64,000 bases of DNA from an uncultured Methanosarcinales archaeon (lineage in GTDB: Archaea > Nanobdellota > Nanobdellia > Woesearchaeales > DSVV01): positions 9,930 through 73,929 of the forward strand of contig CAZKVI010000002.1 of the NCBI GenBank assembly GCA_964556185.1, read 5' to 3'. Under the pieces are notes generated by a model. The model ran no database searches. It had not been told where the DNA came from and saw only the letters and a list, made by a program, of their open reading frames with translations. Every line of letters begins with the position of its first letter. Position 1 is the stretch's first letter. Shown here one piece after another: positions 1 to 8,361 of this stretch. Position numbers and translations under genes: made by a program.

Positions 1-355
1 ACTTTTAGATTGTCTGTTTTTAGTGTTTCATAGTTTAGTTCACCAAAAGAATCAATTATTGAAATTATTTCAGAATCAGATGCAAGATTAATTTCAGAAT
101 TTTGAACAGCTATTTCTTTGTTATTGAATAAGCTTATTTCAATAATATTCTCAACATAATCATTTGAAGGAGTAGCCATTATCTTGTATGAGTCAATTTC
201 TAAGCTGTAGACTAGATTACAGCATAGTAGGATTGCTAATATCAATGGAAATAGCTTTTTCATTTGGTTAGGTATTGGTTTTCATATTATAAAAGTTATG
301 TTAGTTTTTGTATATCTAAGAAAGGTTTATATAATTAGAATGATTACCTTAGTAT

Positions 356-871
356 ATGGAAAGGGTGGCTTTAGAGGAAATTCTAGGTGAACTAGTAAAA
401 GGAGAATCAGTTATATGTGTAGTTAGGAATCCAAAAGATGAGGAAAAAAATGGTTATGAGTTATATATTGGTCCTTATACTGGAACAGAAGCGAACGAGC
501 AAATGGCTATTTTAGGTGTAGCTACTGATTTAACATTATTAATTGGATCATGTACACATATTCAAAGAGAATCTCGTGTTGTAGCAAAAACAGTGTTGTT
601 AGAAACAGAGTTAGAATATAAATATAATGCTCCAATAGAAACCATAAATTATAAGACAGGAAGGATTGTTGGAGCAGATATTAGTGAAATTATTGTAGGA
701 GTAGATGAAATTGCTGAATACTTGATTGAATTAGATCCTGAACTTAAATCATTTGCATTAACTATTTATCCAGATTTAGATAAGTGTGAAGAACCAGAAG
801 AAGATCTTGAATCAAAACCATTCGTACCATATACACTTGATTTATTTTCTGGTACAACAGAACAATCCTAA
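356..871 (+). CDS. hypothetical acidic protein
   Basis: 171-aa ORF with native AT-rich codon usage and an acidic C-terminus. No motif recognised by eye. Confidence 0.4.
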   Translation: MERVALEEILGELVKGESVICVVRNPKDEEKNGYELYIGPYTGTEANEQMAILGVATDLTLLIGSCTHIQRESRVVAKTVLLETELEYKYNAPIETINYKTGRIVGADISEIIVGVDEIAEYLIELDPELKSFALTIYPDLDKCEEPEEDLESKPFVPYTLDLFSGTTEQS

Positions 872-917
872 AAACATTTAAACTCAAACTTCTACCAATT
901 TCCAAGGTGAGGGAATA

Positions 918-1502
918 ATGTTCAATAAGAAAGAATTAGACACTATCCAAGAACAATTAGCAGCAATACAACTTAGACTTCAGAATATAGAAGATGATGT
1001 AAAAGGCCAAAGAGAAAAACAAGAAGAGTTTACTCAAGAAGTTATTGGTAATCAAGTTAGGATAAAAGATGAATTAACAGATATTAAATCATCAAGTGAT
1101 TCTGCAATTAAAGAATTCTGTAATCATGTAGAAGAGATTGAACAAACAAAAGTGAAATTCGATAAAGCCCTATCAACATTCTCATTATTACAACGAAAAT
1201 TAGAAGACACATTATTCCAAAAATTAAACAAAGCAATGAATGAAGAAATGAGAAAACTTTATACTCAAACTAAAAGTTATGTAGAAATTAAAAAAGATGT
1301 TGAACGAGCAATTGTGACAATGTCTAAAATTAATCAATCTGTAGTTGAATTAGATGAAATTTCTAAGGCAATTGGTAGTGCAGATGTTAATCTTTCTCAA
1401 TTTATGGACAAAGTAAACTACGAAGACAGACATAAAGTTCAATTACTTAGAGAAAATGAAACATTGAAGAAATTAGTTTCTAATATGCGAAGAAAGAAGT
1501 AA
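918..1502 (+). CDS. coiled-coil protein, function unknown
   Basis: 194 aa, heptad-like charged sequence (Q/E/K-rich) throughout. No catalytic motif. Confidence 0.4.
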   Translation: MFNKKELDTIQEQLAAIQLRLQNIEDDVKGQREKQEEFTQEVIGNQVRIKDELTDIKSSSDSAIKEFCNHVEEIEQTKVKFDKALSTFSLLQRKLEDTLFQKLNKAMNEEMRKLYTQTKSYVEIKKDVERAIVTMSKINQSVVELDEISKAIGSADVNLSQFMDKVNYEDRHKVQLLRENETLKKLVSNMRRKK

Positions 1503-1661
1503 ATTTCCAGTAACTTTATAAATAAACTTACTTTCTTTAGAAATATGCGTAAATCAGCTTTATTTGATAGTGTCAGGCAATCTGGCAGTTAATTCTTTTC
1601 AATATTTGCAAAACTATTACTTTACTTAATAAACTTATATCAAAATTACGAGGTTATAATC

Positions 1662-2609
1662 ATGGAATATGTCAAGGATTTTAAATGGAAAAAAGGAATG
1701 CAGGTCTGCCAATTAGTAGACATGCTTAGAAATGTAGGGTTTCAAAGTATTGAACTAAGCAAAGCTACTGATACAATCATTAAAATGAAGAAGGTTGGTG
1801 CAACAACTTATCTAACTTTTACTTCAAATATGGTGACTTCTGGGTTAAGAGGTTTTTTTGCTCAATTAATCAAATTAAAAATACCAAATGTAATTGTTAC
1901 AACAGTTGGAGGTATTGAAGAAGATATAATGAAGTCTATTGGAGAGAAATTCATTATTGGAGATTTTCATTCTGATGATATTGCTTTGCATGAAAAAGGT
2001 GTGAATAGAGTTGGTAATTTGTTTGTTACAACAGAAAGCTATTGCAAATTTGAAGATACAATTGCTCCGATGTTAGATAAATTATATCAAAAAAAGAAAA
2101 GATGGCCTGTTTCTGAATTATTAAGAGAAATTGGTCTTTTATTAGATGATGAAAACTCAATTTTATTTCAAGCAGCAAAGAATAATGTTCCAATTTTCTG
2201 CCCAGCAATAACAGATGGGAGTTTCGGATTTCATTTGTATCTTTTCCAACAGAAAAATCCTGATTTTATTGTAGATGTTGTGCAAGATTTCAAAAATATC
2301 TTATTAAGTACAAGCCAAGATGAGAAAAAAGGTTTGATCTCATTAGGTGGAAGTATTTCAAAACATCATGCAATTCTGGCAGCGTTATTAAATGGTGGAT
2401 TAGATTATGCTGTTTATATGACAACAGCAAGGAATTCATCTGGTTCAATGTCTGGCGCAACAACTCAAGAAGCTAAATCTTGGGGAAAGATTAAAGATGA
2501 TTCAGATGCTTCAACTGTAATTGGTGATGTTTCAATTACATTTCCATTAGCAATGATGAAAGCACTTGAAGTTTTAAGTGATGAAGGTTTAATTGAAAAT
2601 GAGACATAA
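1662..2609 (+). CDS. dys: deoxyhypusine synthase
   Basis: 315 aa with DHS hallmarks: the G-rich segment 'LISLGGSISKHHAILAAL', the NAD-binding 'IVTTVGGIEEDI' and the overall DHS-like layout. It overlaps the next gene by 17 nt, consistent with an operon. Confidence 0.85.
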   Translation: MEYVKDFKWKKGMQVCQLVDMLRNVGFQSIELSKATDTIIKMKKVGATTYLTFTSNMVTSGLRGFFAQLIKLKIPNVIVTTVGGIEEDIMKSIGEKFIIGDFHSDDIALHEKGVNRVGNLFVTTESYCKFEDTIAPMLDKLYQKKKRWPVSELLREIGLLLDDENSILFQAAKNNVPIFCPAITDGSFGFHLYLFQQKNPDFIVDVVQDFKNILLSTSQDEKKGLISLGGSISKHHAILAALLNGGLDYAVYMTTARNSSGSMSGATTQEAKSWGKIKDDSDASTVIGDVSITFPLAMMKALEVLSDEGLIENET

Positions 2610-3630
2610 TGCAAGATTTGTATTAAGAAAGTCAAAAATGCTTGAACAGTATAATTTAATTAATGAATTAGCTGATAAAATCACTTATAGTTTCAAAAGT
2701 AATTATGAAGTTGGTAGGGTTCTAGAGTATGAAACAGATTGTGATTTTAGTGTTCATGCAATCTCTAGATTACCTTTACTTGGAGATCATTCCAGGGTCT
2801 GGTTTTTTGCACAAGCTTGGGATAATGATGAATTATCTTTCTTATTTAGTAAGAAAATAAGGAAGTTTGTCGTCGACAATGAACAAGATTTGAAAGTGTT
2901 GTTATCTTTTATTGAAAATAATGATGTACAAATTGATTTATTACTAAGAATGAAGTTAAAAGAAAACACAATACACACAGGCAAACATTTTGTATTTGGA
3001 ATGTATTCAAAACAAGTTAATGATTACTTGCCTAGATTAAAAGATAATCCAAAAATAAATAGAATAGGTATACATTTCCATAGAAAAACTCAAAACATAA
3101 GTGAATGGTCATTAAAATATGAATTAGAGCAATGCATTAATGAAGAATCTTGGAAATTCATTGATATTGTGAATATTGGTGGTGGTTTGCCTGGGAAATA
3201 CAAAAACTATAGAAGAGAAGTACAAGAACACATCTTTTCAAAGATAAATGAACTAAAAGAGTTTCTAGAAGAGTATAAGATTACATTAATGATTGAACCA
3301 GGAAGATTTATAGCAGGTCCTGCTGTTGAATTGCATACAGAAATTAGAAATATTTATGATAATAATATAATTGTGAATTGTTCTGTTTATAATTCTGCAA
3401 TGGATACTTTTATTTCACATATTAGATTATTAGTTAAAGGTGAGTTAAGTGATGGTCAAGGTTATACAATCAAAGGTTGCACACCTTGTTCAATGGATAT
3501 CTTTCGTTATAAGGTATTTTTAGACAATCCTAAAGTTGGTGATAAATTAATCTTCTTAAATGCAGGAGCTTATAATTTCTCAACTGATTTCTCTGGATTA
3601 GATGAGATGATGACTGAGGTGATCGAATGA
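2593..3630 (+). CDS. PLP-dependent decarboxylase, Orn/Arg/DAP decarboxylase (fold III) family
   Basis: ODC-family motifs: 'YSFKSNYE' (PLP-Lys region, cf. YAVKAN), 'IGGGLPG' (Gly-rich loop), 'EPGRFIAGPA' (cf. EPGRY), 'GCTPCSMDIF' (cf. GPTCDxxD) and 'NAGAYNFS' (cf. GAY). The substrate, ornithine or arginine, cannot be decided from sequence. Confidence 0.7.
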   Translation: MKMRHNARFVLRKSKMLEQYNLINELADKITYSFKSNYEVGRVLEYETDCDFSVHAISRLPLLGDHSRVWFFAQAWDNDELSFLFSKKIRKFVVDNEQDLKVLLSFIENNDVQIDLLLRMKLKENTIHTGKHFVFGMYSKQVNDYLPRLKDNPKINRIGIHFHRKTQNISEWSLKYELEQCINEESWKFIDIVNIGGGLPGKYKNYRREVQEHIFSKINELKEFLEEYKITLMIEPGRFIAGPAVELHTEIRNIYDNNIIVNCSVYNSAMDTFISHIRLLVKGELSDGQGYTIKGCTPCSMDIFRYKVFLDNPKVGDKLIFLNAGAYNFSTDFSGLDEMMTEVIE

Positions 3631-4460
3631 GATTCATGGATTTACCAGAAAAATGGACAGGAGAAGACTCAAATGTGTTTATTTTACCAATAGAATATGA
3701 AAAAGATGTAACTTGGGGTACTGGAGCAGACAAAGGACCTAATGAAATATTGAAATGCTCTTATCACTTAGAACCTTATGATGAGCAATTTAATATTGAT
3801 CCATATGAAGAAGGCATTCATTTACTTTCACCACTAAAATTTCAAGAAGAAACACCAGAGAATGCAATTGAAAAGATTCGTGGGGAAGTTTCTAAGTATA
3901 AAGATAAGTTCTTAATTAGTATTGGTGGTGATCATGCTGTAACTATTGGTGTAGTTAATGGAATGGAAGGAGACTTCTCTGTTTTAGTATTAGATGCACA
4001 TGCTGATTTAAAAGATTCTTGGGAAGGATCTAAATTACATCACTCATGTATTTCAAAAAGAGTTTCTGAGAAACATGATATTGGAATAATTGGAGTTAGA
4101 TCAATGGATTTAGATGAACATGAGTTAGTTGATAATGAGAATATACATATTTTGAAATCTTATGATTATTCTGAAGAGAAAGTTGATGAAATGATTTCGA
4201 AATTGAAAAATAAAGTTTACTTATCTATTGATGTTGATGTATTTGATCCATCATTTATTAGAAACACAGGAACTCCAGAACCAGATGGCTTACAATGGAA
4301 ACAAGTAATCTACATTCTACAGAAATTGTTTGAAAAAAAGAAAGTCATTGGAGTTGACGTAGTTGAATTCGCACCTAAATATAATTACGAAGCAGAAGCA
4401 TTTGCATTGGCAAAGTTAATCTATAAGATTGTAGCTCTTAAAAAGAAATCATCCATATAA
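3627..4460 (+). CDS. speB: agmatinase/arginase-family ureohydrolase
   Basis: Ureohydrolase Mn-binding motifs 'SIGGDHAVT', 'LDAHADL' and 'SIDVDVFDP'. The start overlaps the decarboxylase stop (ATGA). Confidence 0.8.
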   Translation: MRFMDLPEKWTGEDSNVFILPIEYEKDVTWGTGADKGPNEILKCSYHLEPYDEQFNIDPYEEGIHLLSPLKFQEETPENAIEKIRGEVSKYKDKFLISIGGDHAVTIGVVNGMEGDFSVLVLDAHADLKDSWEGSKLHHSCISKRVSEKHDIGIIGVRSMDLDEHELVDNENIHILKSYDYSEEKVDEMISKLKNKVYLSIDVDVFDPSFIRNTGTPEPDGLQWKQVIYILQKLFEKKKVIGVDVVEFAPKYNYEAEAFALAKLIYKIVALKKKSSI

Positions 4461-5027
4461 TCTTCCATAATTATATCCATCTCTGTATTCTCTGTAAAAT
4501 GTAAGTTTATGTTTTCTAACATCATCTCCTGTTATTCCTTTTGGAAATGTGTCTACAACATTTTCATGAAATGGGTAATCATCTATTACTTTACTTCTAT
4601 AAGAATAAAAGATATAATGGTATTTTCCTTCTCCATTATAACCATGGGTGTATCCTAAAGCATATCCTGCTGCTTCAACATCTTCTCTTTGGATCCCAGT
4701 AGTCTCAGTATTTATTCCTAATATGTCATTCTTTGTTGCAGTATAACATTCTTTATATCCTAAGATAAATGCTCCTGTTTCTCCTTTTATAGCTCGTGTA
4801 ATTGGATTAGTTCCAGAAGTTCTAACATAGTTTGCTTTAGTTATGACTGTGTGTGGATTAGAGCCTTTTCCAGCTTTTACATCAATAGTACCATAGGTAC
4901 AACCATTCTCTTTAACACTTTTACTAATGTCGTAATCAACAAAAGAATTCTCTGAATTATATATACCTGCAGAGACAATACTAATTGTAAAAATAAATAT
5001 TATAATTATTGAAATTTGTTTTATCAT
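4449..5027 (-). CDS. secreted hypothetical protein
   Basis: N-terminal hydrophobic signal 'IIIIFIFTISIVSAG'. The mature part is Y/G/T-rich; no motif recognised. Confidence 0.4.
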   Translation of the reverse strand: MIKQISIIIIFIFTISIVSAGIYNSENSFVDYDISKSVKENGCTYGTIDVKAGKGSNPHTVITKANYVRTSGTNPITRAIKGETGAFILGYKECYTATKNDILGINTETTGIQREDVEAAGYALGYTHGYNGEGKYHYIFYSYRSKVIDDYPFHENVVDTFPKGITGDDVRKHKLTFYREYRDGYNYGRLYG

Positions 5028-5336
5028 AGTCTATTTATTGAGATAGTTCTTAATAAAGGTTTTGTTTTAGAAAACTATTTAACTAATTACTTCTATAACT
5101 CACATATGGCATCATTACTATGGATTATATCTGAAATCATTGTTTTCTCAGTATTTTGCTTAGGATTTGCTTTAGGCTTAATTGCAACAATATATTATGG
5201 TATAAAATACTACAAAGACAAAGCATTCAAGAAGAAATTCATTTATTCTTTAGTAATATTCTTATTCTGTTGGTTGGTAGGTGGAGCTGTTATGATGTTA
5301 ATGCTGGCCCTAGATTGGTTAGCTATTGGCAGATAG
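5016..5336 (+). CDS. small membrane protein (2 TM)
   Basis: 106 aa with two long hydrophobic segments. The overlapping +ORF 5156-5377 in another frame is judged spurious. Confidence 0.3.
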   Translation: MFYHSLFIEIVLNKGFVLENYLTNYFYNSHMASLLWIISEIIVFSVFCLGFALGLIATIYYGIKYYKDKAFKKKFIYSLVIFLFCWLVGGAVMMLMLALDWLAIGR

Positions 5337-5380
5337 GTTTATATAGTCTATTTGATTTCTCTACTATGGGTGTTTGATGA

Positions 5381-5989
5381 ATGGTAGAACCAACAGTAAC
5401 AGAAATAGGACCAAGTAGAAGACCATTAGAGGGAAGATTAGATCAAACACATTCTGGTATGGAATTAACAGCTTTATTAAGTGGTATGGATCGTGGGTTT
5501 TTAGGTAGATATCTTAGAAAATTTCCTGAATTAGCTAAAGGTGAAAGAATCGGTGGATTATATGTTCGTAAATTTCCTGTACACACTGGCAGAAAAATTG
5601 GCTTATACACTAACCCCTATAGAATCGGATTTTGGGATAACGATAGGAGGTATGGTAACCACATGGGTGCTGGTTATCGCTTAGGGAGTGTTAGAGGAGT
5701 TCCAAAGGGAGATTATGTAAGTATGTGGTGCCCTCATTTATCAATAGATCATTGTCAAATTTATAGAGACGATGATGGAACAGTTTATATTGAAGATCTC
5801 GGTTCTAGGACAGGAACTTGGGTAGATGGAGAGAGAGTATCTGAGCATAGACAAACAGGAAAAGTTGAATTACATGATGGTGCTGTTATAAATTTAGTTC
5901 CAACATTTCTTACAAGACATTTTCCAGAAAGACTAAGTCCAGAAAGACTAAGTTTTCAAATAGAATTAGTTTATCATGAACTTAAGTAG
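5381..5989 (+). CDS. FHA-domain protein
   Basis: C-terminal FHA signature 'DHCQIY...LGSRTGTWVDGERV...LHDGAVINL', also present in the paralog starting at 5976. R/G-rich, K-poor composition unlike neighbouring genes. Confidence 0.55.
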   Translation: MVEPTVTEIGPSRRPLEGRLDQTHSGMELTALLSGMDRGFLGRYLRKFPELAKGERIGGLYVRKFPVHTGRKIGLYTNPYRIGFWDNDRRYGNHMGAGYRLGSVRGVPKGDYVSMWCPHLSIDHCQIYRDDDGTVYIEDLGSRTGTWVDGERVSEHRQTGKVELHDGAVINLVPTFLTRHFPERLSPERLSFQIELVYHELK

Positions 5990-6386
5990 TGGTGTTAAAA
6001 TGTCACTAACAGATCGATTAGTTATTAGAAAAATGCCAGGTTCTAGAAGACAAGGCACACCAATTTATTTAACTGAATTCCCTTATAGGATTGGATTTAG
6101 AGATAGAAAGAATAGATATGCTAATCATCTTGATTGTAGTTATGGTTCTGATCAATTATCAAGAGATCATTGTGAAATTGTAAGGGGTGGTGAAGGTAAA
6201 TTACATATTAGTGATTTAGGTTCTAGACTTGGTACTTATGTAAATGGTGATCAAATTGATGGTGAAGGAGTTGAATTACATAATGGTGATGTTATTGGTT
6301 TTATTCCAACATGGTGGGGTATTTCAAATATTTGGGGAAGAACACCCTGCAAAGTAGAACTAGTTTATCAAACTCCTTTAGAATAG
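5976..6386 (+). CDS. FHA-domain protein (paralog of 5381-5989)
   Basis: 'PYRIGFRDRKNRYANHLD...LSRDHCEIV...LGSRLGTYVNGDQIDG...LHNGDVIGF' is a typical FHA fold signature (G-R, S-R-x-H, N-G-T/Y-x-V-N-G). It overlaps the upstream paralog by 14 nt. Confidence 0.55.
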   Translation: MNLSSGVKMSLTDRLVIRKMPGSRRQGTPIYLTEFPYRIGFRDRKNRYANHLDCSYGSDQLSRDHCEIVRGGEGKLHISDLGSRLGTYVNGDQIDGEGVELHNGDVIGFIPTWWGISNIWGRTPCKVELVYQTPLE

Positions 6387-6390
6387 AAAA

Positions 6391-6596
6391 GGTTTGGTTG
6401 GTAGTAAACTCATTCTAAGCAAACCGAAGTTTGTCAAAACTCAATCATCCTAAGACTGACAAAGTCAATGCACAAAGATCAACAAGTCGATCAATACGCA
6501 CCTCTTACACCGAAGCATAAGAGATCCACTGAATGTCTGAAGCCAGCTAATACCTCAAGGGTAATTTTGGCCGAGTTGTTTTACCAACCAAAGGAG
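6391..6596 (+). ncRNA. candidate structured ncRNA (~200 nt), class unknown
   Basis: GC-rich island in an AT-rich intergenic gap. An 11-bp perfect terminal helix pairs the 5' end (6393-6403 'tttggttggta') with the 3' end (6583-6593 'taccaaccaaa'). Internal hairpins include 'ctctta...taagag'. Not coding in any long frame. No RNase P, SRP or tRNA consensus recognised. Confidence 0.3.
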
Positions 6597-6687
6597 TATA
6601 CATCATGAACTAGCTACTATTTAATATTTTCTGACTATTTTAGAGTGGAGACAAGATGTTAATAAGAAAAAGAGAAGAAAAAAGAAA

Positions 6688-6703
6688 CTTTCCGTTAGGA
6701 AAG
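6688..6703 (-). terminator. hairpin plus U-tract terminator after metK
   Basis: The minus-strand transcript reads, just after the metK stop, 'CUUUCC-UAAC-GGAAAG' followed by 'UUUCUUUUUUCUUCUCUUUUUCUU'. Confidence 0.4.
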
Positions 6704-6706
6704 TAA

Positions 6707-7924
6707 TTAAATTCCATTATCCAATGGAACTTGTTCACCTGTTCTTTCAGGAGTTCCTAATGGACCTGCTGCTTGTTTCAGAACTTCGACTTTGTCAGTG
6801 TATTCCCATGTAAAGTCAGGATCGTTTCTTCCAAAGTGTCCGTAAGTTGCTGTTTTCTTGTAGATTGGTCTTCTTAATTTAAGATGATTAATCATATCTG
6901 CAGGTTTTAGTGGGAAGTGTTCTCTAACTAGTTCTGCAATCTTCTCTTCTGGAATTTTGTTTGTTCCAAAGCAGTGTGTTAAAACAGAAACTGGTTCTGC
7001 AACACCAATTGCATAAGCTAATTGAACTTCACATTTGTCTGCTAATCCAGCTGCAACAATGTTCTTTGCAATATATCTAGCTGCATATGCTGCTGATCTA
7101 TCTACTTTTGAAGGATCTTTTCCAGAGAAAGCACCGCCACCATGTGAACCATGTCCACCATATGTATCAACAATAATCTTTCTTCCTGTTACTCCTGCGT
7201 CTGCTACTGGTCCACCAATTACAAAAGAACCTGTTGGATTAACAAAGAATTTTGTGTCTGCATCAATCCATTGACCACAAACAGGTTTGATTACTCTTTC
7301 AATTAAGTCAGTTCTTATTTGTTCTAGAGTAACATCTGGGTCATGTTGTGTTGAAACAACTACTGCATCAACTCTTATAGCTTTGCCGTCTTGATATTCA
7401 ACAGTTACTTGAGATTTTGAATCTGGTCTAAGATAAGTTAATTCTTTTGCTTTTCTTATTTTGTCTAGGTGTTGTAATATCTTATGGGCTAATATAATTG
7501 GTAGTGGCATTAGTTCAGGTGTTTCATTTGTTGCATAACCAAACATTAGTCCTTGATCACCTGCACCTTGTTCTTTGTGTAATCCTTCGCCTTCTGTAAC
7601 TCCAATAGAAATATCAGGACTTTGTCCAGATATAGAAACTAAAACACCACAAGTATTCCCATCAAAGCCATATTTTGGATTATCATAACCTGCTTCAACT
7701 ATTGTTTTTCTTGCAATTGTCTGAATGTCTGCAAATGCTGAGGTTGTTACTTCTCCTGCAACAACTACAAAACCTGTTTTTGTTAAACATTCAATTGCAA
7801 CCCTTGAATTAGGATCTTTTTCATAAAGAGCATCTAAAACTGCGTCACTAATCTGGTCACATAGTTTGTCTGGGTGACCTCCACTTACTGATTCTGATGT
7901 AAAAAAGTATTTTCCATTTTTCAT
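6707..7924 (-). CDS. metK: S-adenosylmethionine synthetase, bacterial/eukaryotic type
   Basis: Diagnostic MAT motifs '[13 protein letters not shown]', '[12 protein letters not shown]' and '[27 protein letters not shown]'. About 20 extra C-terminal residues. Confidence 0.9.
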   Translation of the reverse strand: MKNGKYFFTSESVSGGHPDKLCDQISDAVLDALYEKDPNSRVAIECLTKTGFVVVAGEVTTSAFADIQTIARKTIVEAGYDNPKYGFDGNTCGVLVSISGQSPDISIGVTEGEGLHKEQGAGDQGLMFGYATNETPELMPLPIILAHKILQHLDKIRKAKELTYLRPDSKSQVTVEYQDGKAIRVDAVVVSTQHDPDVTLEQIRTDLIERVIKPVCGQWIDADTKFFVNPTGSFVIGGPVADAGVTGRKIIVDTYGGHGSHGGGAFSGKDPSKVDRSAAYAARYIAKNIVAAGLADKCEVQLAYAIGVAEPVSVLTHCFGTNKIPEEKIAELVREHFPLKPADMINHLKLRRPIYKKTATYGHFGRNDPDFTWEYTDKVEVLKQAAGPLGTPERTGEQVPLDNGI

Positions 7925-8140
7925 TTCAAAAACCTCCTTGGCATAATTATGCCTTGTTCAAGCACCTAACTCAATAGTTCTTTTATATACTTTCTTGCAT
8001 AGGATATTCTTATAGGAATATTTGGATATATTGGTTATTATGTGGTAATAATATTCTTAGATGTTTGATTAGAAAAATACAGAAACTTTATATATTAATA
8101 GCACAATTAGTATACTGAAATAGTTATGAGGTGATTATAA

Positions 8141-8302
8141 ATGGGAAAATCTATAGGTCTTACTGCAACTAGACTAAAAAAAAGTAGAGGAACAACAGTT
8201 GATTCAAGTAAGAAAAAATCTGGTAAAAGAAAAAGTGTTAAGATAGGTAGCAAAACTACTTATAGAGATAAAAAAAGAGCAGCAACAGGGAGAAGGTATT
8301 AA
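8141..8302 (+). CDS. small highly basic protein (53 aa), not in supplied ORF track
   Basis: Hand-translated as MGKSIGLTATRLKKSRGTTVDSSKKKSGKRKSVKIGSKTTYRDKKRAATGRRY. It is preceded by a strong SD 'GAGGTGAT' (8128-8135) 5 nt before the ATG. Confidence 0.35.
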   Translation: MGKSIGLTATRLKKSRGTTVDSSKKKSGKRKSVKIGSKTTYRDKKRAATGRRY

Positions 8303-8361
8303 TTCTTCCTTTTTTCTTTCTTTAGAAACTATTATATATTTCTATATTAAACTAAATTAAA

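Noticed and set aside
2026-3733. Three short minus-strand ORFs (2026-2208, 2787-2984, 3530-3733) inside the dys/decarboxylase/agmatinase operon
   Set aside because: All are embedded antisense within strongly supported plus-strand genes. No promoters or motifs.
5156-5377. 73-aa ORF overlapping the 106-aa membrane-protein ORF in another frame
   Set aside because: It is the same strand, alternative frame of a better-supported TM protein. No start context.
6391-6596. Assigning the GC-rich element to RNase P RNA, SRP RNA, 5S rRNA or tRNA
   Set aside because: None of the conserved motifs (RNase P P4 'AGGAAAGUCC...', SRP helix-8, tRNA T-loop GTTCRANYC, 5S consensus) could be found by eye. It is kept only as a generic ncRNA candidate.
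7035-7274. 79-aa plus-strand ORF inside metK
   Set aside because: It lies fully inside a highly conserved minus-strand gene, has Ala/Pro-rich composition from antisense translation, and no independent signal.
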